Shown here: positions 48,656 to 59,992 of the stretch, piece by piece | How the letters are laid out: each line of letters begins with the position of its first letter | How positions within the stretch are numbered: position 1 is the stretch's first letter | From: Schizochytrium sp. TIO01 | Taxonomy: Eukaryota > Protista > Bigyra: Labyrinthulomycetes | Length of the DNA stretch: 64,000 nt | Direction of reading: 5' to 3' | Assembly: GCA_004764695.1 (NCBI GenBank) | Contig: SMSO01000035.1 | Span: 3,856,040-3,920,039, forward strand | Notes under the pieces: model-generated | Told to the model about the DNA's origin: nothing | What the model saw: only the letters and a program-made list of their open reading frames with translations | Databases searched by the model: none | Program-made: the position numbers and the translations under genes

Positions 48656-50999
48656 ACATTGAGCACATCGACTTAACGTTTTTTTTTTTTTTCCAATAGA
48701 GGATGGAGAGGGAGTTGTATATTGCTCATGTGAGTAAAACTTATATGCAACGAGGAGGCTACGACTCTATTCACCTCTTCTTATTATTGTCACAAAGTGC
48801 TACATTTCCGTAGTCAACCTTATCGCACATGTTACCATGTGTCTCGTCGTCTCTTTTGACATACCAGGTAGTTGCCGTTGTGGGGGTTATCCCGCGACAT
48901 GTTTTTCACGGGATCGTTATGTATAACAGTACATTTTAAGGTGATTCAACAGCTTGCGAATTATAAATAAAAAGTGGGGGGAAGAAAGAGTGCTACTATC
49001 TGTGCTTTTATTCTTCAAACCATCGTTTTGATCTTTTATGAAAAAGAAATACTGAGAATCAACCTTTATCTTACATTGTTACCAACGAAGTCCCGTGCTG
49101 TTTGTTCTCTTTTATCAAAAAATCTGCGCTCTGTCTTTCGGTCTGCTCCGAATGATCCAGGTTTCAACTGAAAATTGGTTTCGAATTTCTTTCTCTTTCG
49201 AAAGTATGTATCTAGATGATGCACAATCTAATCGAATTTATAGTTGGAGCATGGGGTATTTGGTGATGTTGTAGGCTTTACAGACTTGGGATTTATTTAA
49301 CTTTATGAAATATGTTTTTTACAATTTACAACAAAGCTATACCGCTAATTAGCCACGAAATGAAGAATGTCTTGGCTACACCATACTTTAAATTTGGGGC
49401 ACATACTTAGGAGCTACAAATTTGACGCTTGGTTTACCTCCCTAGTTTGAAATAGCCACATCGCGCATCACCCACTGGATAATAAATGAACGATTCCACT
49501 TATAACGCAGTTACACGGAGGCCAATACAAAAATGTCCAGAAATATATTTTGTAGACTGTCTGCGAAAATCATTAAGCAACTATTATTAATATGTTTACT
49601 AAGCAATTCTACAATCAAGTACCAACGTTTGAACAGAGGACTACCGGTCCGTGCTGTAAAGCTAGGCCCTGCACTACTAAAGAGAGAAGAAATTGTTATT
49701 CCCTAATTTACGAGGCCTCAAATTTAATGCTATAAAGTTGTACTGGATTCAATCAATTATGAGTCTAGCTTGCAAAGCTGAATATCTTGATTCTGTAAAT
49801 CTTTAGGGTGGGCACATCAGCTTTCCTTGTATCAAGATATACTATTGCGAACCTCTGCAATAATACCACCAATTATCAACAAAAACCAAATACAGCTATC
49901 GTCATCAATCAGAGTCATACCTATAAAACCAAAACACTATAAGGTCTTTTTTCTTGTATTTATCTACGTGGGTATCATAACTGTGTCTTAAAATGAAGCA
50001 TAACCTCCTGCACAATGCGGCAGTAGTACCTGATTTATTTGGTTCTGAAAACGCTATGATGTTTTGAGCGTACAAAATCTCATGTCCAATTCATTTTTTC
50101 ACGAGCTCTCTTACAAATTTATAGACAGCTTTATCATATACCACACGTTGTGTCTACAGCCTCCGGCGCGACAGCCAATACCTGGATTTTCACATGACCA
50201 CATCCATTCAGACTATGCCTCAGATTTAGTTTCCACTCGGCTGCCAGGATTTCGGCATAATAAACAAAAACCTCTATGCCATGTTCCAAAACTCACTCCG
50301 CGTGATCAAACCTTTCCTTTTTTGGAAAGCAAAGCAAAAACAAAAATAAAACTTGAAGCAGAAGTCATTTCTTCAAAGTTTCTACCAGTGCATACCTAAC
50401 TAGGCCTTACTACCACAGCAGCACAGCAGCTTCTGTGTTTTACTAGCCCACCAGCATCAACATTTGCATCTCCATCACGAGCTCGTAAGCATTTCCCTGA
50501 ACCCATGGAGTCCATGTGGTGTAAGGAACATTGGTGGAGAAATCATAAGTATTCAGTTAGTCACCATTCTCCAAGTTTTGAGGGATCTAGAAGTAGTAAT
50601 ATACTAATCTTGTTTATGTTTAATAATTTAATTAAATTAAAACATATAAAAATTTATTTTAAAAAAAAAATCAAAAATATTGAAAAGGAGCGCTGCTGCA
50701 TGTATCTACGACACACTCCGTGACTGACTTAGCTCGCTTCAAAGTTCGTTCTTGCTCCGTAGCGTGTTTTAATTTATACTTCCCGAGACTACTGGCTGAC
50801 TGAAATACAATCAAATTATCATCCGCCGGGAATATCTTTTCATCGGCCTGTTAGTAGGAGCCTCAACAATCAACCAGCAATATTAACAAGAACCGAGCAA
50901 GCAAACAAGCAAGCAAAGAAATAAACAAACAAACATACAAACAAACAATAAAAGGACAAAATTAAAAGTAATAAGAAGCTGGGACCAGAAGTCAACTGA

Positions 51000-53900
51000 C
51001 TAATGGCGTCTTCGCTTGTAATACAAACAATATGCATAAGATGAAACAACCATGGATGGATCCATAGGAGTCACTCGGCTGTCATCGCAAAGATACCACG
51101 ATGCCGGGCTCGACGGTGTATCTTGTCGAGCCACATATGCAGTGTAGTGACCCATTCCGGAGCTTCCGATGTGATTAGTCACTGCAAAAAGATCAAAGAT
51201 AGGGTCCTCCTTTTCTTTGTCTCCACCAAACTCTGCCAGAAAGGGTCCCATTTCTAATGTTTCTAATGGGAAATCAACCAATGAACTAATCTTGCCGTAA
51301 CCCCGATGTTCAAAGCGCTTAAGGCAGAAAATGAGGATTTCCGGAAGTCGAATAATGCGCATCATCTTATCTGCCTCTTGATTTGTCTTGCACTTGGGAC
51401 AGCTCCAAGCATTTCCTGTGCCAAGACGCTCTGAGTTCGAAAAGTACTCCAGACATTCATGCAGAGTGTATACCTCTCCTTGCAAATGGCCTCGCTGTGC
51501 TGCTGCACGAGCTCGCATTGAAGATAGATATGATGCAACACTAACGTGGTCCGTTGTTTCTAAATTTGCTCCCTCGGAGTACGCCTGTTTGTGCCTACTT
51601 CCTGATGCAGAAGACTGCTGACGAGCTTTCTTTGACTTACGAGCCTTTGTCTGTTTTCGAACAGGGGTTCCATCCCCCCATATAACCGATAAGAAGAAAA
51701 AGGGTTTCGAAATGCACTCTTCAAGCGTCAAATCACTATGCGAAGGAAATGATGAGAGGTCTGTTACGCCTTGTAATACCTGCTGTGCATTGTCTGAGTC
51801 TTTAATTTCTCCCTCTTTTTCATCAGAACCCAACCCATGCGCCTGAGTACCAACGGTGCTATTAGATTTTACGGGCGTACCAGCATTGCTCGTTGACATA
51901 GCAGCTGACGAAGATAAAGCTCGTTCAAGGCCCTCCATGTTCACGATTTTCCCTAAGTGATCTGTGAATCTTAGCTCAAGCGCTTTTCCCTCGCGCTTTA
52001 AGACATTGATGTCTTTCTCCTCACGCCCTGTAGTTACTACACGTAACAATTTATAGATGGCCATGCGAACCTCCAGGAGGGTTAACTTGGCAGACACAAT
52101 GAGCAAGAGAGGCATTCCAATCATATTTGAATCTATTGAAGCACCTTGCTTGTGAAGGATGAAAATTTCACGAGTTGGATTCTCCTCCACATCCTCCATC
52201 TTTGAGTCATCAGACGGTGCTGTAGACCTAAGACAACTTGCGTTAGATGAGAAGGAAAATATTTTTTCCAGGACATCTTGAGAAGGAATTTCATACACAT
52301 GGAGATCACAACTCTGAGCGATCGAATTAACCGGGTCTGAATCAACAAACTCCCGTACTACTACATGGTTTCGTAATTGTAACATAAATTGCTGTCCAGG
52401 GGGTACACCGCACATTTCTGCCAGCTGCATTTTCAGCTGCGCGCATCGTGCAGATGGCCTTACGCTCACGGCGTAACGAGTTCGTGATAGTTCAAGAAAA
52501 CCATCATGATTAATAAATTGGCGTATCATAGTCACTATTACAATGCGATCCCGATCGACTGGAATCGCGAGAGGCAAGATCATAAATGGGGTAAATGTAT
52601 GTGACTGAAAATGACAATGTGGACATGAAACAGTGTTATGTAGTTGCCCTTGGAACAAATGGGTAATCATGGAATGCTCACGTCGCAAATGTTTGGCCCA
52701 AGATTCGCCTGCCAAATCAGCGATAGAACGCGGAGGATCGCTCATGTTATCAACCTCCGCAAAATAAGGTTTGGACTTGACCAAGTTAAGATCCTCATGG
52801 AGTGTATCCAGTAAGAAGATGAGAAGTTCCTGTGCATCTTGCTGCATAAAACCTGCAAATTGCCCCCCGGACCCAGGAAGAGTTCCAATTGCTCGTTTCA
52901 TTGGACCAGGCGAAATAGAGGCCTTTGAGCCGAACCAAAGTTCTTTAATCAACGAGTCCCATATCATTGCAAATCTTGCACCCGTGCCTAAAACGCTTTC
53001 TTCGTTACGATCCTGTTTAAATTTGTTAGATAGAAAGAATCGAGTCAGCGGCCAGCAGTGGCTAAGGCATTGCAGAGTTGCGTTCATATAACATGTATTT
53101 CCCAAATTTTTCAGTCCAATCAATCCTCGGCGTTGTTCTTCAGGGCCGGCAGTGCCACATCGTTGTTGATGAAAACGCCAGGCGCTGGCTTGGCAATCTC
53201 GACTACAATATCTTGTCTTGCGGCATTTGCCACAAACTTGAGTAGCACCAGACTTGCAACACGCTGTGCATTGCAAATCACCCTTTGGACCTGGCGCTCG
53301 ATGACAGGATGCCAAGTTGGACCAGTGGGCATCCCAGTATGACGGATCTTTGGGGAGGTCAAATGCTTCATAAATGCTGCTAGAGCGACGATTCGTGCTT
53401 GCCCGACCTCGTCCATTACTCTGAGCAGGCGATAAAGAACCCGGTGGCCCTGTGCAGCGATATAATACAGGTTTTTCCTCAGTGTGACTCTTGACAGACG
53501 GATACCATGTGGCAAATGCACGCCACACTTCTTCAGGTACCCAAGCGTAATCAAGCAACTCAGATCCTAAGGTACAGCCAGTTCCTCCTCCACCAAGTTC
53601 AAGAGGACCCGGTCTGAGTGAAGATCCTCTGTGCAGCACTACCCTACCAAACCCAGACCATTGCGTCCATTTGGTCCACCAGGATACTGAGATGGCTACA
53701 AACCCACCCCGTAATTTCGAGGTACCACTCTCCTCTAAGCCTCGTTCCATGACCTCTGTAGAATTTGCCCCGGTTTGCTCAAAGAGTTTTTCTACAATGC
53801 TCAACTCGTAATGTCTTCGCTCATCATCATTCTCTACAATTTCCTTCTTGTTGACATCAAAGCTACTACTTTCATCCATTTTCACTTCATCCTCGCCTGG

Positions 53901-54053
53901 ACCTTCAGGAGTACCCTCACTAGTATTACACTTTGATTTCTCAATATCGCTTGGGATAGCCCCTAATGTAGACTTTGCAGCGATAGAAGAGGTTGAGTTC
54001 CAATCCTGTAGTTCTTCATCTTGAGGTAACGCTGCACAGAGATCCGTGGCCAT
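51000..54053 (-). CDS. Ubiquitin-specific protease (peptidase C19) with DUSP-like and MYND zinc-finger domains
   Basis: 1017 aa. DUSP-like ISVSWWTKWTQW..DYAWVPEEVWRAFATWY; MYND CTAC..CGKC..YCSRDCQASAWRFHQQRC; Cys box GLKNLGNTCYMNATLQCL; QQDAQE; His box NHIG..GHYTAY; WYLCDDSRV; split catalytic domain. Confidence 0.95.
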   Translation of the reverse strand: MATDLCAALPQDEELQDWNSTSSIAAKSTLGAIPSDIEKSKCNTSEGTPEGPGEDEVKMDESSSFDVNKKEIVENDDERRHYELSIVEKLFEQTGANSTEVMERGLEESGTSKLRGGFVAISVSWWTKWTQWSGFGRVVLHRGSSLRPGPLELGGGGTGCTLGSELLDYAWVPEEVWRAFATWYPSVKSHTEEKPVLYRCTGPPGSLSPAQSNGRGRASTNRRSSSIYEAFDLPKDPSYWDAHWSNLASCHRAPGPKGDLQCTACCKSGATQVCGKCRKTRYCSRDCQASAWRFHQQRCGTAGPEEQRRGLIGLKNLGNTCYMNATLQCLSHCWPLTRFFLSNKFKQDRNEESVLGTGARFAMIWDSLIKELWFGSKASISPGPMKRAIGTLPGSGGQFAGFMQQDAQELLIFLLDTLHEDLNLVKSKPYFAEVDNMSDPPRSIADLAGESWAKHLRREHSMITHLFQGQLHNTVSCPHCHFQSHTFTPFMILPLAIPVDRDRIVIVTMIRQFINHDGFLELSRTRYAVSVRPSARCAQLKMQLAEMCGVPPGQQFMLQLRNHVVVREFVDSDPVNSIAQSCDLHVYEIPSQDVLEKIFSFSSNASCLRSTAPSDDSKMEDVEENPTREIFILHKQGASIDSNMIGMPLLLIVSAKLTLLEVRMAIYKLLRVVTTGREEKDINVLKREGKALELRFTDHLGKIVNMEGLERALSSSAAMSTSNAGTPVKSNSTVGTQAHGLGSDEKEGEIKDSDNAQQVLQGVTDLSSFPSHSDLTLEECISKPFFFLSVIWGDGTPVRKQTKARKSKKARQQSSASGSRHKQAYSEGANLETTDHVSVASYLSSMRARAAAQRGHLQGEVYTLHECLEYFSNSERLGTGNAWSCPKCKTNQEADKMMRIIRLPEILIFCLKRFEHRGYGKISSLVDFPLETLEMGPFLAEFGGDKEKEDPIFDLFAVTNHIGSSGMGHYTAYVARQDTPSSPASWYLCDDSRVTPMDPSMVVSSYAYCLYYKRRRH

Positions 54054-54743
54054 TTTTGACGCGAAACTAAAATTGTAGGGCGTAGATGCTTACTCTGATA
54101 TACCTTTAACGCGCCGTGATCTGCCCCGACACGCCGACAAACTTTTATCGCACAATACCTAAAGGTAACTGCAGAATTTGCCCAACGCCCAATCCCAGCA
54201 AAACCAAACAAATTTCAAACCAATTCCAATGTCTGCAAAGGTTACCCTTCCAAGTCTAGGGTCCTAATAAACCGCTTGACAAAACTCGAGCGACAATCGG
54301 CAACACGTGCGAAGAAAGTAGCACGCACACCAGCACTAAGCGCGAAGGCAGAATAAGCTTGGTTGAAAACGAATGGTTGAACGGATGGACTTGAGACACG
54401 ATGTTGATCTCTAAGTAAATAGATCAACCAGCACAGAAGGGTACTGTCGAGAATTCTATTAGAGGCAGTCAGTTTGTCACACCGGAGCGCCTCCGCGCTC
54501 CTCGCACGGCCGTAACACGCCTCCTTGCAGTGCAACTCCGCAATTGCTGCGCGAACGGGAATCTTCGAAACTGAGACCTATATGCCACATACCGGAATTC
54601 CGGGATTATCGTAGGGCTTTGAGTTGATATCTTCAGACGAATTTATCTCATCTTTAACCACCGCGATGATCAATTGATCGATCAAAAGCAGAACTGGATA
54701 GAAAAAGGCACTTGCGACGGGGACAGCGACAGAGACGGAGACG

Positions 54744-56440
54744 ATGGCATCAGACGGATCATCGGATGCCGCTTCCCTTGCGAAGGAGCTTGGCGTAGAA
54801 TCCGAGGTAGGTACTGACTGCAGACGGGATAGATCTAGGGATCAGCTAGTCGAGAGCGAGTTATGAAAACACTTGTGTATCTTTTCGGGAGAGTTTAGCG
54901 TCGTGCGAATGCAACGCGGTTCAACGTACGAAGTAGACCTTTTCTGACTCAGTCTGCGTGTTTTGATGGAAGGAATCCTGTAGATACCTTTTACTCCGTG
55001 ACATGGCACGAGTGTAAATTGAAAATATACCAGTTAAAGTTCTTGTTTCACTTTCAGCCTTGCGAGGTTACATCTGTTTCATCAAAAGCTCATCGACGGG
55101 AGGGTGACTCATTTAGTTTGGAAATCAGTGCAACTAACGATAACTTTGATACGAAATTGATGTTCCATGAATAATATTTTCAACAGGTGCAAGAACTGGT
55201 AAACGCATGTCCTGAGCAAACTGAGCTCATCACGAAGATACTGCAAAAGATCACCAATCAGAAGGCATCTGCAGAAGTGAAGAAAGAGGCTGGCTCCAAT
55301 GCAGCAAGTGCGCATGTTCCTGCTGTAGAACGCACGCAAGGCTGGTGCACGATCACTGGCCAAAGCTTCCAGGTACCTCGTGGAAACCTGGATGTGGAAT
55401 TCCACATGGATGGAAGTATAGGCTTACATAGCAAATCAGTCGATCTTCTGATCCCCCCGGAAGGCATCGAATTTGCATATGAGCTTCCCTCGCCAAATGC
55501 TAATGTAGGTTCAAGTATTATTCTTCATCTTTATGAAGAGGTTCAGGTAGGCAAGTCCACGACAAAAACGCTTTTGCTTACCCCAAAGACGAGCCCAAAG
55601 AGCAAACTCTTGCGTGTTGAGATCCACGCTACACCACCCGGAAACTCTGCTCTGGCAGACTATATTGAAGATGAGCCTGTATACGTATGGCGTACTCTCC
55701 TGGAGGCCATGGAACCTTCCATTATCCTTCGCGAGCCTGATCCCTCCGTCTTCCGCAGCAACCAAAACACAAGCTCGCTTAAATGCTACCACAATGTCAA
55801 GGATGGGGTTCTCTACCCTCTACCTGATGGAATTGCGTTTATTCGTTCGCCCACACTGTTCTTGACACTTCCAGAAATCTCTCAAGTTGCTCTGCAACGT
55901 GAGCTTTCTGGTGGAACTCGTAATTTCGACCTGAATATTATCATGAACGATGGCACTTTTCATGAAATCCGCATGATTGAAAAAGACGAATTTGACGCAA
56001 TTACAGCATATGTCGAGGAAACAAAGATCAATGAGAATCACCTTAAGACTGAAGCAGGTGAAGATGGAAATATTGATAGAGACGGAGAGGGTGGCGCAGG
56101 TAGTGAAGATGAGGATTCGGACTTCAAAGACAGTGACGATGAGGAGGAATCAGGTGAAGGTGCACACGGTGCAAAGATCAAGAAGGAGGCTGGCCAAGGT
56201 GATGACGAAGACGAGAAAGAGGATGACGACGATGACGATGATGACGATGACGGTGACTCGTCTGATGGTGAGGATCATGAAAGCGATATCGACAGTAGTG
56301 ATATAGAACTAGACAAGGAGATCGAACTGGATGAAAGCGACACAATTGCGCTCAATCGGCCCAAGCGAAAGGCAGCTTTGGCAGCTTTCCCATCCTCACA
56401 AAGAGGTAACACTAGTGACAAGCGTTCAAAAAGCACTTAA
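54744..56440 (+). CDS. Rtt106/SSRP1-middle-like tandem-PH histone chaperone; exons 54744-54806 and 55187-56440
   Basis: Donor GAG|GTAGGT at 54807, branch ACTAAC at ~55133, acceptor CAACAG ending at 55186, phase 0. Motifs PRGNLDVEF and LKCYHNVKDGVLYPL..P..TRNFDL..IEKDEFDAITAYV; long D/E tail and basic RPKRKAA. Confidence 0.85.
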
Positions 56441-57215
56441 ATAACGTGTTTCTTCATGCACTCGACCGTTTATTAAGACAGTAAGTTTACTCATTTGAGA
56501 CATGTTCCAAATCAGCAGACAAAAGAAAAAGAAGAGGGGATTGGTATTTTCATGAGTTTATATAAGAAGAATATTTTAGTGATTTGATAGAAGGTTATGT
56601 TTTGAGGAATCATTTCAGGGGTAGGATTATGACGAAATTTATCATGATATAATCTTTGCGAGCAACCACCGTGAGCATTTTTATATACACCCATAGAATC
56701 TGAGTCCTTCCATGCAGAAATGAATGTTACCTGAGGTGCATACTTTCGTGATGTTGTTATTGTGTGAATGTGTGTGAAACCATTGACCAATTGTCTGGGA
56801 GTGTGGAAAGCACGAGGTTATGCGCCCCTTGTTTCACGTTTCGGAAACAACTCGGAAGGTAACTATCCTTTAATCTCAAAGGAAGTGTTGATATCCAAAT
56901 TGTTCAAAGTGAAGATATAGAATGTAGAAAGGTTGAATTCTAGAGTAGACATAGCAAAATCACAAGTTTGTCCATGTTCGCTGACAAATTGTATGTCATA
57001 CCACTCATTATACTGTAACTGACGTGTTTAAACAGCATGACTATTCTCTTGTTGCATATTCTTTTATCAATGTTTTCTGCCAAATCAAGACAGATAATTT
57101 GTTACGGAAACTCGGTTGGTGTTTAGTGTCTTGCTTATAGTTTCTACTGCTGTGACTACTAATGTGTTCTCTCTCTTTGATTTTAAGAACTAATCATATA
57201 TCTCATTTACACCTA

Positions 57216-58922
57216 TCATTTACGACTTGTATCCCAAGCAAGCATATCCAAAGTAGGCTTAACGTGCACATCACGAACATGGGCCTTGCGCGCTTCCGTA
57301 GGGAAGGGGGGCGCCGTTCGCTCTGTGTCCCATGTCAAGTCTACATGATCCTGACGATGGGCATCGAAAGAGCGTTCATAACGACGACCAGCTCGGGCAT
57401 TAGCAATCTCTGCTCCTTCCAGAGCAGTAGGTGCCTGACTCCAAGCAATAAGGTCGCCATGTGAAGTTTGTGCCCTTGATACTACCGGGGTTGCTTGACC
57501 AGGTACCATCGGAGGGACCTGACCTGCTGGAAATTGCAACTCACCCATTCGTAGGACCTGCGTTGGTGGGGGAGCAATAACTGGAGCGGGAATCGAAGGT
57601 GGCACTGCACCCGCGGGACCTAGCCAAGGACGGAATACGGGCTCGAACGCTAGTGCAAAATCTCGAAAGACAACTGTTCCATCCAGCTTGGCATGATCTA
57701 GGAGGACGCGGACTTCTTCGGGCATTTTAACACCAAGGTCTTTGATGTGTTTTTCAAATGCAGAGGTGGTTAACACTCCCTGGTCAAGCAGCCGAATGCT
57801 ATCATAAATTCTCTTCTTGAGAGCCTCTGTTTCGGGGGGCAGAGTACTCTTGGGCGGTTCCACCTCTTGGAAAGTGATATGGCTTGATAATGCCTCCAGC
57901 GTGTCAGGCTCAAAGCGCCGCCGCGACGCATGGTGATGACCAGGACTTGACACATACACATGTGGCGAGAACGGGTTTGCGTCGTCTAACTTGGTGTGCC
58001 AGGGGGAATTAATACTCTCTTGAGCCCTAGGTGAAACTGGACGACCCGAATCGTTCTTGTCGCTGGGCTGGCGCCACGTAACCACGTCTGTGGAGCGTGG
58101 AGCGTGAGCAAAGCGTCTTCCTGGGACTACTGGTCCTTGCTGCATATACTCAGGTACAGGCTCCACACGTAGCAGGGCTTGGAGGAATTGAGCAAATGTC
58201 ATATCAAAGGTGCCATGGCGTAGCAATGACATATAAGCAGGCGTTTCTTGCAATCCAAGCTTCCGCACTGTGCTTCGAAGTTCTTCCAAAGAGCTATTTC
58301 CGTTGTCATACTTGCGAAAGGCATCGTGAAGGGCATCGGTATACTGTCTGACACGCTCCTTTGGGTCATTAGGGTCCACTGAAGATACCATTGGCGCTGC
58401 AGGACTCAAAACAGCCATTCTTTGTGCCGATGTAGTTGATGGCGCTGGCACTGGTGTCGGGGATGGTGCCGGAGCTGATGCCGTTGCTGGTGCTGGTAGT
58501 GCCGGAGTTGATGCCATTGCTGGTGCTGGTGGTGCCGGAGCTGATGCCATTGCTGGTGCTGGTGGTACCAATGCTGGTACAGTGCTGCTTTGCGAGGGTT
58601 TAGGAGGAGGAGCAGGCATGGGGATTCTAGAAACATGGTTTGGGGGAGGCATTGGGCAGATCTGTCTTGGGGCAGGCGGATGAGGGCGTGAATGTTCTAC
58701 AGGCTTGGTTTTGTTCAATGCTTCTTCAAGGGGTGCAAAGTTGATGAGGCCATCGTTTTCTACTTTGCATTGCAACACAATGTCATCGGCAGATGGTGTG
58801 CCAAGCGGAATACCAGACTGCTCCAGAACTTCCTGAAACGCACCTGCATCTACTCGCTTATCTCCAGAGATGTCAAGGCGGAGAAGTGCCTCAAGCACCT
58901 GCTCATCTTCTCTGCGCCCCAT
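57216..58922 (-). CDS. Unknown protein with three degenerate EF-hand-like lobes and a Pro/Ala-rich linker
   Basis: 568 aa. LLRLDISGDKRVD..DGLINF, AFRKYDNGNSSLEEL..MTFAQF, IRLLDQGVLTTSAF..DGTVVFRDF; ~33-bp coding repeat (PAPAMASAPAP) at ~58440-58570. Confidence 0.75.
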   Translation of the reverse strand: MGRREDEQVLEALLRLDISGDKRVDAGAFQEVLEQSGIPLGTPSADDIVLQCKVENDGLINFAPLEEALNKTKPVEHSRPHPPAPRQICPMPPPNHVSRIPMPAPPPKPSQSSTVPALVPPAPAMASAPAPPAPAMASTPALPAPATASAPAPSPTPVPAPSTTSAQRMAVLSPAAPMVSSVDPNDPKERVRQYTDALHDAFRKYDNGNSSLEELRSTVRKLGLQETPAYMSLLRHGTFDMTFAQFLQALLRVEPVPEYMQQGPVVPGRRFAHAPRSTDVVTWRQPSDKNDSGRPVSPRAQESINSPWHTKLDDANPFSPHVYVSSPGHHHASRRRFEPDTLEALSSHITFQEVEPPKSTLPPETEALKKRIYDSIRLLDQGVLTTSAFEKHIKDLGVKMPEEVRVLLDHAKLDGTVVFRDFALAFEPVFRPWLGPAGAVPPSIPAPVIAPPPTQVLRMGELQFPAGQVPPMVPGQATPVVSRAQTSHGDLIAWSQAPTALEGAEIANARAGRRYERSFDAHRQDHVDLTWDTERTAPPFPTEARKAHVRDVHVKPTLDMLAWDTSRK

Positions 58923-59992
58923 TTGATGGAAGGAACTTTTTGAGCTATACCAGCAGGAGCTTCTTTAACGTGCAAATACCACCTCAAGCCCTAGATAGGA
59001 TCACCACCTTTGAATAACAGCAGATGTAGCCGGTTGACTGTATTCACTTTGATACCAGCTCCCTTGGCTGTGGATTTGCAACACGTAGGTAGTGAACGAG
59101 AGAGCTGGTAGAACTGGCCCAGAAAATCCACAAAATTGAAACCTCAGAAGACGAACTCGCCTTGACTTCCAGTAAAGCTTTAAAGCAAGACTCGCACCTT
59201 CGCAAAGCTAGGTAAACGGAGCTTATCAGTCGAGTGGAGTGCACCTCCGCTGCAAACTCCAATCCTCCGAGCGATCGCGAACTGCAGTGGATTCAATGGG
59301 GAAAATCTTGTCGGCGGTTTTCTTCTGCTCGAGCCCAATTCATAGGACCCATTAGACTGCTGTTAGTGCTCTTATCCTCAGCTTAGCAGAGTGTATAGCA
59401 TTGCCTTCTTCCACTTCTTCATACAGAGGTGCTGCTTTCTCAAACAGCCTTCTGTCGCTTATGCCAATGACGCTCATCAACATGTGGGTCCTTATTTTCG
59501 ACGCCTGGTCTATGTTTGATGCATAACTTTACATAGTTTATCATTGCATGTGTGCAGAAGTGATACTTTTTACTAGGTACTAACTGATGACACGGATAGA
59601 TTATAAACAGAATAATAATGAAAATGGTCCCGCTCAGTTAACTGTTCGAGAGTTTCAGGCTGCTGCGTTTCTGTGATGATGAAGCTATCTCGCTGCTTTC
59701 TGCATCCTGTATGTAAAGGCGTGGTTCTCTGCTCAGGAAGTCCTTGTGAGACAATAGTAAGTCAGCAGTAGGTACTGCTATTTAGGACGTGGTAAATTGC
59801 CATCTTTGTTTTGTGTAACGGATCACTAGCATAATCATTGTTTTACATCATTTCGGCAGAAGCTTCAGCATGCTGAGTTAATCGACACTATATCTAGGGT
59901 CTAGGGTGAAAATTGTCATCTAGTGGGCAGGGCGAAAGATATTTGCCTCAAGGGTTTTGCATGCATGTGATATTTATGTAACTCTGGCGTAG

